In this document: piece after piece, positions 47,628 to 54,491 of the stretch | Numbering within the stretch: the stretch's first letter is position 1 | Layout: every line of letters begins with the position of its first letter | NCBI GenBank assembly: GCA_023444045.1 | Contig: JAEZRQ010000006.1 | Span: 241,786-305,785, forward strand | Reading direction: 5' to 3' | Source of the DNA: Candidatus Parcubacteria bacterium | GTDB taxonomy: Bacteria; Patescibacteriota; Patescibacteriia; Patescibacteriales; UBA12465 | Length of the DNA: 64,000 nucleotides | Notes under the pieces: model-generated | Database searches by the model: none | Seen by the model: the letters and a program-made list of their open reading frames with translations, nothing else | What the model was told of the DNA's origin: nothing | Program-made: the position numbers and the translations under genes

Positions 47628-49064
47628 ATGCCAAAAACCATCAAAAAAGCTCCGGCTAAGAAAATGGTTAAAAAAACTAAAGCAGTCGTCAAGAAAAAAG
47701 AAAACATTAAGAAAAAAACAGCCCCTAAAAAAATGCCCTCAAAAAAAACTAAATTAGTCAAAAAACCAGTTAAATTAAAGGCGCCTCTTAAAAAAGCGTC
47801 TCTTAAAGCTACCCCTAAAAAAATTACTAAGAAAGCCACTCCTAAAAAAGCGGTCAAGAAAGTAGTGGCAAAAAAAGTTGTTAAAAAAGTAGCCCCCAAG
47901 AAAGTCGTTAAAAAACCAGTAGCTAAAGTAAAGAAAGTTATCGCTAAACCAAAGGAAGTAAAAAAAGAATTACCGCCAAGAGAGATTATTTATCCCAGTG
48001 AGGATAAAATGAGAAAACTAATTGAGAAGGGGCGTATGCGTGGTTTTGTGACTGAAACTGAGTTGCTATATCTTTTTCCGGAAGTGGAGGAGTATGTTTA
48101 TGAGTATGATGTTTTTTTAGGAGATCTGCAGCGCAGTGGTATTAGAATTATAGAAGACTCTGGTCGGATTTTAGGAGCGGCGGAAAATCGTGAAGAGATT
48201 GATAAGCCCACTTCACTTAACTTTGATTTATCCAAATTATCAGCTGATTCAATTCAGATGTATCTGAAAGAAATTGGTAAAGTACCACTACTTAATTCAG
48301 CTGAGGAGGTGGAGCTCGCCAAACGAAAAGAAAAGGGGGATAAAGAGGCAGAAAAGAAGATTATTGAGGCTAACTTACGTTTAGTAGTTTCAATTGCCAA
48401 AAAATTTGCCGGAGCTAAGGGTTTGTCGCTACTTGACCTAATTCAGGAGGGCAATATCGGCCTATTTAGGGCCGTAGAGAAGTTTGAATACCGTAAAGGG
48501 TTTAAGTTCTCAACCTACGCCACTTGGTGGATTAGACAGGCAATTACCCGTGCTTTAGCTGATCAATCTCGCACTATCCGCATCCCAGTTCATATGGTGG
48601 AAACTATTAATAAGTTTCAACAGGTGCAGCGCTTTTTAGTCCAAGAATTAGGCCGTGAACCAATGGCCGAAGAAGCGGCCGCCGAAATGGGCGAAGATAT
48701 TGATAAGGTGAGATATATTATTAAGATTTCTCAGGATACTATTTCACTTCAAGCCGCTATCGGTGATGACGAAGAAGATTCTACTTTAGAGGACTTTATT
48801 GAAGATGTAAAAACGATGGCGCCAGATAGAGCCGCTGCCTTACAACTTCTTAAGGATTACGTTAAGGAGATTGTGGCTCAATTATCTCCTCGTGAGCAGA
48901 AGATTTTAGAAATGCGCTTTGGCTTAGTTGATGGCGTGGCTCATACTTTAGAAGAAGTGGGCCAAGAGTTTGAAGTTACTCGTGAGCGTATTCGCCAGAT
49001 TGAATCTAAGGCGCTAGAAAAAATTAGAAAGTTTAAAGGTTTAGAAAAACTAAGAGATTATTAA
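47628..49064 (+). CDS. rpoD: Primary sigma-70 factor RpoD with a ~110 aa Lys/Ala/Pro/Val-rich N-terminal repeat extension
   Basis: Regions 1.1 to 4 are recognisable: [49 protein letters not shown] and [20 protein letters not shown]. They are preceded by PKK/VKK repeats. Confidence 0.95.
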   Translation: MPKTIKKAPAKKMVKKTKAVVKKKENIKKKTAPKKMPSKKTKLVKKPVKLKAPLKKASLKATPKKITKKATPKKAVKKVVAKKVVKKVAPKKVVKKPVAKVKKVIAKPKEVKKELPPREIIYPSEDKMRKLIEKGRMRGFVTETELLYLFPEVEEYVYEYDVFLGDLQRSGIRIIEDSGRILGAAENREEIDKPTSLNFDLSKLSADSIQMYLKEIGKVPLLNSAEEVELAKRKEKGDKEAEKKIIEANLRLVVSIAKKFAGAKGLSLLDLIQEGNIGLFRAVEKFEYRKGFKFSTYATWWIRQAITRALADQSRTIRIPVHMVETINKFQQVQRFLVQELGREPMAEEAAAEMGEDIDKVRYIIKISQDTISLQAAIGDDEEDSTLEDFIEDVKTMAPDRAAALQLLKDYVKEIVAQLSPREQKILEMRFGLVDGVAHTLEEVGQEFEVTRERIRQIESKALEKIRKFKGLEKLRDY

Positions 49065-49075
49065 GAAAGTTTATA

Positions 49076-49099
49076 AAAACCCCTTTTTGTGGGGTTTTT
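49076..49099 (+). terminator. Rho-independent terminator after rpoD
   Basis: AAAACCCC-tttttgt-GGGGTTTTT. Confidence 0.8.
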
Positions 49100-49107
49100 G
49101 TTTATTA

Positions 49108-49135
49108 TTGACATAAGCTCTTTATTTGCTAAAAT
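49108..49135 (+). promoter_or_regulatory. Sigma-70-type promoter upstream of the tRNA gene
   Basis: TTGACA (49108-49113), 16 nt spacer, TAAAAT (49130-49135). Confidence 0.5.
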
Positions 49136-49224
49136 AGGTATGTAAAATGTTGATTCAACATTTTTGTTTTTTGAAGAAAAACTTAATAATTCCCGGGTAG
49201 CGCAGCGGTAGCGCAGTTGGCTGT

Positions 49225-49463
49225 GAACACGTAAAAGTTCTACGCAGCTTTCTCAAGTGATTGAGATTGAAAAACAAGGTGAATTGTCTGGAAGTCTAAG
49301 TCCGAAAGGATATGGTAATCAGCAGCCAAGCCCTGAAAGTTTCAGGGAAGGTTCAGAGACTATCCCGAAAGGGAGTAGGTCCATCCTAGGATGGCCCGAA
49401 GCGCCTTGCATCTCTCTGAGATGATGATATAGTCCACCCCTTTAGGAAACTATTGGATAAGTG
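49225..49463 (+). ncRNA. Group I self-splicing intron (no ORF), ~239 nt
   Basis: Core-like strings match remembered Tetrahymena/Azoarcus/Anabaena introns: GAUAUGGUAAUCAGCAGCCAAGCCC, GGAAGGUUCAGAGACUA and GAUAUAGUCC. GNRA-capped hairpins are UCUCAA-GUGA-UUGAGA, GUCC-GAAA-GGAU and UCCC-GAAA-GGGA. P1 pairs exon GGCUGU with GCAGCU (49244-49249), giving a U.G pair at the splice site. The intron ends in G (49463). Confidence 0.8.
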
Positions 49464-49479
49464 TAACCAATTGGTCGTC

Positions 49480-49495
49480 GGTTCGAATCCGACCC
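49480..49495 (+). repeat. Direct repeat copy 1 (inside the tRNA-Asn T-arm/acceptor 3' half)
   Basis: GGTTCGAATCCGACCC, identical to 49635-49650. Confidence 0.9.
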
Positions 49496-49562
49496 CGGGA
49501 GCCAACAACTTTTTTGTGCTGTGGACAGGCATATTTGCCCATAAAATAGCCAAAAATCAAAG

Positions 49563-49588
49563 AAACTCAGTTTATGCTGAGTTTTTTT
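49563..49588 (+). terminator. Rho-independent terminator downstream of the tRNA
   Basis: AAACTCAG-tttatg-CTGAGTTTTTTT. Confidence 0.7.
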
Positions 49589-49634
49589 GTTGCAGTCAAA
49601 CGAGTGAAAATAAGCGTAAATAAAGGAGATTTCT

Positions 49635-49650
49635 GGTTCGAATCCGACCC
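49635..49650 (+). repeat. Direct repeat copy 2: orphan tRNA 3' fragment (att-like remnant)
   Basis: GGTTCGAATCCGACCC with no upstream cloverleaf and no CCA. It lies 155 nt downstream of copy 1 and about 85 nt upstream of the R-M cassette. Confidence 0.8.
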
Positions 49651-49734
49651 ACGTCAAACAGTATTTTTAACTTTTAAATATAACAAAACTAAGCTACAAT
49701 AGAACTATATTAATAACGAAAATTCTGATTGCTT

Positions 49735-50571
49735 ATGTTGAAAAATATTTCTAAAAAAAGAGTCGAACCATTTTTGAAATGGGCTGGCGGTAAATCTCAA
49801 TTATTAGAACAATTTAAACCATTATTTCCAAAAGAAGGAACTTATAAAAGATATATTGAACCGTTTATTGGCGGAGGGGCAGTCTTTTTTTATTTAGAAC
49901 CGAAAGAGGCTATTATTTCTGATTTAAATAAAGACTTAATTGAGGCTTATAAGATTGTTAAAAGCCACCCAAAAGAGTTGATTGCCTTGTTAAAAAAATA
50001 CGAAAAAAAACATAGCAAAGAGTTTTATTTGAAAATCAGAGAAGAATATAATGCCAATAAATTAGATAAGATAAATAAGGCGGCTCATTTAATCTACTTA
50101 AATAAAACCTGTTTCAATGGTTTATATAGAGTTAATAGCAAGGGCGGATTTAATGTTCCTTTTGGACAACATAAGAAATTTTCAGTTAATGAAGAAGGAA
50201 TATTGTCAGCTAGTAAAATATTAAAAAAAACTAAAATAGAACACACCGATTTTACACAGGTTTTGAAAAATGCTAAAAAAGGAGACTTTGTTTACTTCGA
50301 TCCACCATACTATCCGTTAAATACTGGCTCAAATTTTACCACGTATACCAAGGAAAACTTTTTAGAAAAAGAACAGGAAAAACTCAAAAAAACTTTTAAG
50401 AAACTTGATGCTCGAGGGTGTATACTTATGTTAAGCAATTCAGATACTCCTTATATTAGAAAGCTATATAAAGAATGGAATATTACAAAAGTAAGTGCCA
50501 AGCGTTTCATTAATTGTATGGCGGAAAAAAGAGGTGATGTATCTGAGGTTGTGGTAAGAAACTATAAGTAA
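49735..50571 (+). CDS. Dam-family (alpha-class, D12) N6-adenine DNA methyltransferase, DpnM-like; probable GATC specificity
   Basis: N-terminal PFLKWAGGKSQLL, then PFIGGGAVFF (AdoMet motif) and FVYFDPPYYP (catalytic DPPY). Order and size match Dam/DpnM. ATG 49735 is preferred over the TTG at 49729. Confidence 0.85.
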   Translation: MLKNISKKRVEPFLKWAGGKSQLLEQFKPLFPKEGTYKRYIEPFIGGGAVFFYLEPKEAIISDLNKDLIEAYKIVKSHPKELIALLKKYEKKHSKEFYLKIREEYNANKLDKINKAAHLIYLNKTCFNGLYRVNSKGGFNVPFGQHKKFSVNEEGILSASKILKKTKIEHTDFTQVLKNAKKGDFVYFDPPYYPLNTGSNFTTYTKENFLEKEQEKLKKTFKKLDARGCILMLSNSDTPYIRKLYKEWNITKVSAKRFINCMAEKRGDVSEVVVRNYK

Positions 50572-50574
50572 GAT

Positions 50575-51354
50575 ATGTGTTTGTATAAAAAGCATAAAAA
50601 CTTTGCTCTTTATCACGGTGACTGTCTGGAAGAATTAAAAAGATTTCCAGAAAATTACTTTGATATGATCTTTGCTGACCCGCCATACTTTTTGTCGAGC
50701 GGTAGTTTTAGTTGCCAAAATGGAAAAATGGTTAGTGTCAAAAAGGGTGACTGGGATTTAAGCAAAGGATTTCAGGATGATTTTAATTTCCATTTAAATT
50801 GGATTAAAGAATGTCGCAGGGTGTTAAAACCTCATGGCACAATCTGGGTTAGCGGAACTTATCATTCTATATATCAGTGTGGTTTTATTTTACAAAACAC
50901 TAAATATCATATTTTAAATGACATTTCTTGGTTTAAACCAAATGCGGCTCCTAATCTAAGTTGTCGTTTTTTTACTGCTAGCCATGAGACTTTAATTTGG
51001 GCGAGAAAAGAAAAGAAAGCTAAGCACACTTTTAATTATCAAGACATTAAAAATGGTGATTGGTCTGAAGATGAATTTAAAAAACCATATTTACAAATGC
51101 GTTCCGTTTGGTCCATGGGCACACCGAAGAAAGAAGAGAAGCGATTCGGTAAACACCCAACTCAAAAACCTTTAGATTTATTAAAAAGAATAATACTAGC
51201 TAGCACTAAAGAAGGTGACATCGTTCTCGATCCTTTTACAGGCAGCTCAACTACTGGTGTGGCCGCTAATTTACATAAAAGAAAATTTGTTGGGATTGAT
51301 TCTGATAAAAATTATTTAGATCTTTCTTTGCAAAGATTAAATGCTCTAGTTTAA
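50575..51354 (+). CDS. Beta-class N6-adenine DNA methyltransferase, DpnA-like
   Basis: DMIFADPPYFLSSG...VSVKKGDWD, NAAPNLSCRFFTASHETLIWARK, GKHPTQKPLDLLKRIILASTKEGDIVLDPFTGSSTTGVAA. These are near-colinear with the S. pneumoniae DpnA sequence as I recall it. Confidence 0.85.
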   Translation: MCLYKKHKNFALYHGDCLEELKRFPENYFDMIFADPPYFLSSGSFSCQNGKMVSVKKGDWDLSKGFQDDFNFHLNWIKECRRVLKPHGTIWVSGTYHSIYQCGFILQNTKYHILNDISWFKPNAAPNLSCRFFTASHETLIWARKEKKAKHTFNYQDIKNGDWSEDEFKKPYLQMRSVWSMGTPKKEEKRFGKHPTQKPLDLLKRIILASTKEGDIVLDPFTGSSTTGVAANLHKRKFVGIDSDKNYLDLSLQRLNALV

Positions 51355-51359
51355 AACAT

Positions 51360-52124
51360 ATGGCTAAAAATGAATCCTGGGAACAAATATTTAAAGATTA
51401 TAAAATATTAAAACACGATTTTAATAAATCACCTTTTTGTTTATCAGCTGAACAAATAAAAGAGTCTTGTCAGAAATTTAAAAAAACTACAGAAAAAGAG
51501 GTGCGGATATTGTGTAAACAGGATAGCAGAAAGAGTCGTCCAGATATTTTTGTTTCAAATAATTTATTTATTTTACCAGTAAAAAATGGTTTTTATAACA
51601 TAATAAAAGGGGAGGGGTATGTTGATATACCAGAAATTACATCAGATATTAATGAGTACGAAACCCAATTAGATTTTTCTTTGGACTCGTCTGTAGTTGG
51701 AAATTCGGAAATGCAACATCTTGATTTTGCCTATGCATCTAGTTTAATCAGGACATTTATGGGTGATAAATCATTGGTACTGACAATAAGAGGAAGAAAA
51801 TTTACACCAGAATTCAATTTTTTTATTGGAAAGCAGAAAATAAATGTAAATAGCGTACAAACAGAAGTTGATGCTGGTTACGAAGGAAGAGAACAAATAG
51901 TTTTAATAGAGGCTAAAAATAAAAAGACAAAAGATACCGTTATACGTCAATTGTATTATCCATTTAGACAGTGGCAATCAATAACAAAGAAAAAAGTTTT
52001 AACTCTATTTTTCGAGAAAGATAAAAAAACTGGCATATATTCATTTTGGCAGTTTGGTTTTAGAAATGCAAAAGACTACAACAGTATAAAATTATTAAAA
52101 TCTGCTAGATATATAATCAAATAA
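51360..52124 (+). CDS. Uncharacterised protein with a PD-(D/E)XK-like motif, inserted between the DpnA-like and DpnII-like genes
   Basis: 254 aa. A candidate nuclease motif sits in VQTEVDAGYEGREQIVLIEAKNKK (D-x12-E-x-K). No resemblance to DpnI, DpnII or MutH by eye. Gaps of 5 nt on both sides. Confidence 0.5.
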   Translation: MAKNESWEQIFKDYKILKHDFNKSPFCLSAEQIKESCQKFKKTTEKEVRILCKQDSRKSRPDIFVSNNLFILPVKNGFYNIIKGEGYVDIPEITSDINEYETQLDFSLDSSVVGNSEMQHLDFAYASSLIRTFMGDKSLVLTIRGRKFTPEFNFFIGKQKINVNSVQTEVDAGYEGREQIVLIEAKNKKTKDTVIRQLYYPFRQWQSITKKKVLTLFFEKDKKTGIYSFWQFGFRNAKDYNSIKLLKSARYIIK

Positions 52125-52129
52125 GTTAT

Positions 52130-53047
52130 ATGAAGTTTATTAAATTCTATCAAGAAGTTTTAGGGTGTAAAAATGAAGATGAAGTCTTTACTTATTTTCT
52201 GAATAATTTAAAGCCAAGTAATATGCTTTGGTCTTATTTTGTTAATTGGGAAAAGGTATTTGAAAATACTAGTAAAATAGAATTAGCATTAAATAATTTA
52301 AATTATTTAATAGGCAAAGAAGATTTTGATAAAGCTTTTAGATTTTTAGTTAAAGAAAATCAAGAAATAATAAAAGTAATTCCTGCATTAGTCGTTCGTG
52401 ATGGAAAAAATAATACTAAGTTCAAGATTCTAGTTGATTATTCAAAGAAAAAATTGGTATATGAAGACTATGATTTTTCTAAAAAAGAAATAACCGATAA
52501 AGATATTGAAAACTATTTGTTGTTTGTAAAAGAAACAGGACTCAAAGATTTAATAGTTTCGCAAAGAATTAAAAACCTTGTTGATTACATGATTGGAGTT
52601 GAGGCTGGGTTGGATAGTAATGGGCGAAAAAATAGAGGAGGTCATTCAATGGAAGATATCGTCGGATTTTTTGTTGCAGACATTTGTAAAACCAAAAAAT
52701 TTAAATATCTAAAAGAGGCTACTGCTGAAAAAATAAAAGCCGAATGGGGCTATGACGTCCCAGTTGATAAATCTTCTCGTCGTTATGATTATGTTATTAA
52801 TACTGGCAAAGAGCTAATTATTTTTGAGACAAATTTTTATGGCGGTGGTGGCTCAAAATTAAAATCAACAGCAGGAGAATATAGAGATTTATTTAATGTT
52901 TTAAATGGACAATATAAGTTTATTTGGATTACTGACGGTAAAGGATGGGTCGGTACATCTAGACCATTAAGAGAAACTTTTAATCATAATGATTATATTT
53001 TTAGCTTAGGGATGATTGAGAAAGGGGTATTAAATTATATTATTTAA
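52130..53047 (+). CDS. DpnII/MboI-family type II restriction endonuclease (probable GATC)
   Basis: NLVDYMIGVEAGLDSNGRKNRGGHSMEDIV and LIIFETNFYGGGGSKLKSTAGEY...FIWITDGKGW parallel remembered R.DpnII strings (NLVDYVTGVEVGMDTNGRKNRTG; EVNFYSGSGSKLNE; WITDGQGW). Confidence 0.85.
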   Translation: MKFIKFYQEVLGCKNEDEVFTYFLNNLKPSNMLWSYFVNWEKVFENTSKIELALNNLNYLIGKEDFDKAFRFLVKENQEIIKVIPALVVRDGKNNTKFKILVDYSKKKLVYEDYDFSKKEITDKDIENYLLFVKETGLKDLIVSQRIKNLVDYMIGVEAGLDSNGRKNRGGHSMEDIVGFFVADICKTKKFKYLKEATAEKIKAEWGYDVPVDKSSRRYDYVINTGKELIIFETNFYGGGGSKLKSTAGEYRDLFNVLNGQYKFIWITDGKGWVGTSRPLRETFNHNDYIFSLGMIEKGVLNYII

Positions 53048-53050
53048 TTT

Positions 53051-53212
53051 ATGCCTCTCGAAATCGCTACCACTACGTTAGAGCGAGCTTCGCAGGTGTC
53101 TGGAATAGCCAGCGCATTTTTTGCCTTACTATCTTTGATCAGTTTAGGTTATGTAGTTAAATTTACGTATATTATTAAAAAAAATAATACGCAAAATATT
53201 AATAATTTTACA
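53051..53212 (+). pseudogene. 5' part (54 codons) of a small single-TM ORF interrupted by the IS element
   Basis: MPLEIATTTLERASQVSGIASAFFALLSLISLGYVVKFTYIIKKNNTQNINNFT. The track ORF 53051-53275 continues into the IS left end. The IS boundary falls exactly between codons. Confidence 0.5.
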
Positions 53213-53238
53213 TGGCATGACCCCCGAAATTCGGACAC
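53213..53238 (+). repeat. IS left inverted repeat
   Basis: TGGCATGACCCCCGAAATTCGGACAC. The first 12 nt are perfect with the reverse complement of the right end, and TTC.GACAC matches further in. Confidence 0.75.
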
Positions 53239-53310
53239 GATATTCCATATAAAGCGGTTAGGGATTAATATATAAGTAGAGATATTAATAAACTAATAAG
53301 ACCGCTAAAT

Positions 53311-53559
53311 ATGGCTAGAAAGATAAGCTAAGATATTAGGGATAAAATAGTCGATAAAATAAAAAATGACGGCATGTCCGCCATTAAAGCCGCTCAAGAA
53401 TTTGGGATCTCGACTAATACGATATATAACTGGCTGGGACGAGGAAAAATTGGCTCCGATACTCTGGAGATAGGCAAGCTCAAACGAGAAAACCAACAGC
53501 TAAAACTAATCATTGCCGAACTAATGCTCGATTCGAGTAAGGGGAAAAAAAATCGCTAA
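53311..53559 (+). pseudogene. IS3 OrfA (HTH) with an in-frame TAA at codon 7
   Basis: MARKIS*DIRDKIVDKIKNDGMSAIKAAQEFGISTNTIYNWL...LKRENQQLKLIIAEL. The TAA at 53329-53331 is in the same frame as track ORF 53374-53559. Confidence 0.8.
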
Positions 53560-54379
53560 GGCCAGAAAGTTAGCGGTTGCTAATAACGGGATGATTGATA
53601 AGAAAAAACTGGCCATTAAACTAGGCATAGCCAGATCAACTCTGTATTATCGGTCAAAGAAAAAAGCTAAGGATGATGAGATTAAAAAAGAGATTATTGA
53701 GGTAATGGAATCTAATCCCGCCTATGGTTATAGACGAGTGGCTATTGCTCTAGATATGAACGAGAAGCCGGTAGCGAGGATAATGAAAATTAATGAGCTA
53801 AAACCACGGCTATGTAGGCGTAAATGGCAAAAGAAGGGCGATATTGGCCTGCCGGTGGCTCAATATGTCAATGAGATTAAGAAAATTGAAATACTAGAAC
53901 CAAATACTGTCTGGATAGCTGATTTCACCTATATTAAATACCGGACATCCTGGCTCTATCTGGCGACAGTGATGGATAGTTACACCGGAGAAGTAATCGG
54001 CGCGGCGATATCAAACAGGCATAATAGATTTTTAGTTAAATCGGCTGCGCTTGATGCCATTAAAAAAAGAGGTCTCTTGCTTCAATACTTCCACAGCGAT
54101 CAGGGCTCTAAATACCAGAGCGAAGAGCATGCCGACTTTCTAGCTAGATTAGGGGTAGTGGTTTCCATGAGCCGGAAAGGCTCTCCTTGGGAAAACGGTG
54201 GTCAAGAGTCATTCTTCTCGCACTATAAACTGGAACTGGGAAATGTTAATAGATTTGAAAGCGAAGGAGAACTGATTGCTAATATTTATAATTAGATATA
54301 TTATTTTAATAACGTGAGAATCAAGACGAAACTCAGAATGGCTCCAGCTAAGTTTTACGAACTGACCGCCAAAGGTTGA
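53525..54379 (+). pseudogene. IS3 OrfB (DDE transposase) with an in-frame TAG
   Basis: DDE residues lie in WIADFTY, HSDQGSKY and WENGGQESFF. After the TAG at 54293-54295 the frame continues IYYFNNVRIKTKLRMAPAKFYELTAKG to TGA 54377-54379. OrfB is in the +1 frame relative to OrfA across an A8 run (53545-53552). Confidence 0.8.
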
Positions 54380-54394
54380 TTTATGTGGACATCT

Positions 54395-54420
54395 GTGTCT
54401 GAAGAAATGGGGTCATGCCA
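54395..54420 (-). repeat. IS right inverted repeat
   Basis: The reverse complement reads TGGCATGACCCCATTTCTTCAGACAC. Confidence 0.75.
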
Positions 54421-54486
54421 GAGATTATTAAAGAATTTAATATAAAGTTGGTAGAACCTGAAAAGAGGTTTTATAAATCTTATTAA
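54421..54486 (+). pseudogene. 3' part (21 codons plus stop) of the IS-interrupted small ORF
   Basis: EIIKEFNIKLVEPEKRFYKSY*, in phase with 53051-53212 once the 1208-bp IS is removed. Its stop lies 5 nt before the NERD gene ATG. Confidence 0.45.
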
Positions 54487-54491
54487 TTAAA

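Larger units (their letters stand above)
49191..49504 (+). tRNA. tRNA-Asn(GUU) interrupted in the anticodon loop by a group I intron (exons 49191-49224 and 49464-49504, CCA encoded)
   Basis: The joined exons fold by hand into a 75-nt cloverleaf. Acceptor UCCCGGG/CCCGGGA, D arm GCGC-AGCGGUA-GCGC, anticodon arm GUUGG-CUGU|UAA-CCAAU, variable loop UGGUC, T arm GUCGG-UUCGAAU-CCGAC, G73, CCA. U1-A72, G73 and the loop CUGUUAA match E. coli tRNA-Asn as I recall it. Confidence 0.8.
53213..54420 (+). mobile_element. IS3-family insertion sequence, 1208 bp, decayed
   Basis: TG...CA termini. Imperfect inverted repeats are TGGCATGACCCC... (left) and ...GGGGTCATGCCA (right). OrfA has an HTH and OrfB has a DDE. 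No clear target-site duplication (ACA versus GAG flanks). Confidence 0.85.

Noticed and set aside
47631-47970. Tandem A-rich nucleotide repeats that could be mistaken for a repeat array or CRISPR-like structure.
   Set aside because: They are in frame within rpoD and encode the Lys-rich repeat. There is no spacer-repeat architecture. No CRISPR array was seen anywhere in the window.
49216-49230. Reading the uninterrupted sequence GUUGG-CUGUGAA-CAC as a tRNA-His(GUG) anticodon arm.
   Set aside because: No complementary 3' stem strand follows directly. The true partner CCAAU lies 240 nt downstream, next to a proper variable loop and T arm. U1-A72 and G73 fit Asn, and there is no G-1 as expected for tRNA-His.
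49221-49466. Alternative splice-junction assignment CU|UGUAA, which would give tRNA-Thr(UGU).
   Set aside because: The sequence ambiguity (GU on both sides) allows it. However, the internal guide GCAGCU pairs with exon GGCUGU ending at U49224, not with UUGGCU. The acceptor-stem and discriminator features match Asn rather than Thr. It is kept as the stated refutation test.
49442-49657. 71-aa minus-strand track ORF across the tRNA 3' exon and the downstream spacer.
   Set aside because: It overlaps the tRNA-Asn 3' exon, the intron end, a terminator hairpin and the tRNA-fragment repeat. The RNA interpretation explains the sequence fully.
51360-52124. Calling the 254-aa ORF R.DpnI because DpnI is also 254 aa and belongs to the alternative pneumococcal cassette.
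   Set aside because: There is no sequence resemblance to the DpnI sequence as I recall it (no N-terminal Cys-rich region and no winged-helix C-terminus pattern). A methyl-dependent GmATC enzyme would also be lethal alongside two GATC methyltransferases.
53329-54295. In-frame TAA and TAG in the IS transposase genes as evidence for stop-codon reassignment or an alternative genetic code.
   Set aside because: All ~80 core genes terminate normally at TAA, TAG or TGA (for example comEC and the Rrf2 gene end in TGA). No conserved protein contains internal stops, and RF2 is present. Pseudogenisation of the IS is the simple explanation.
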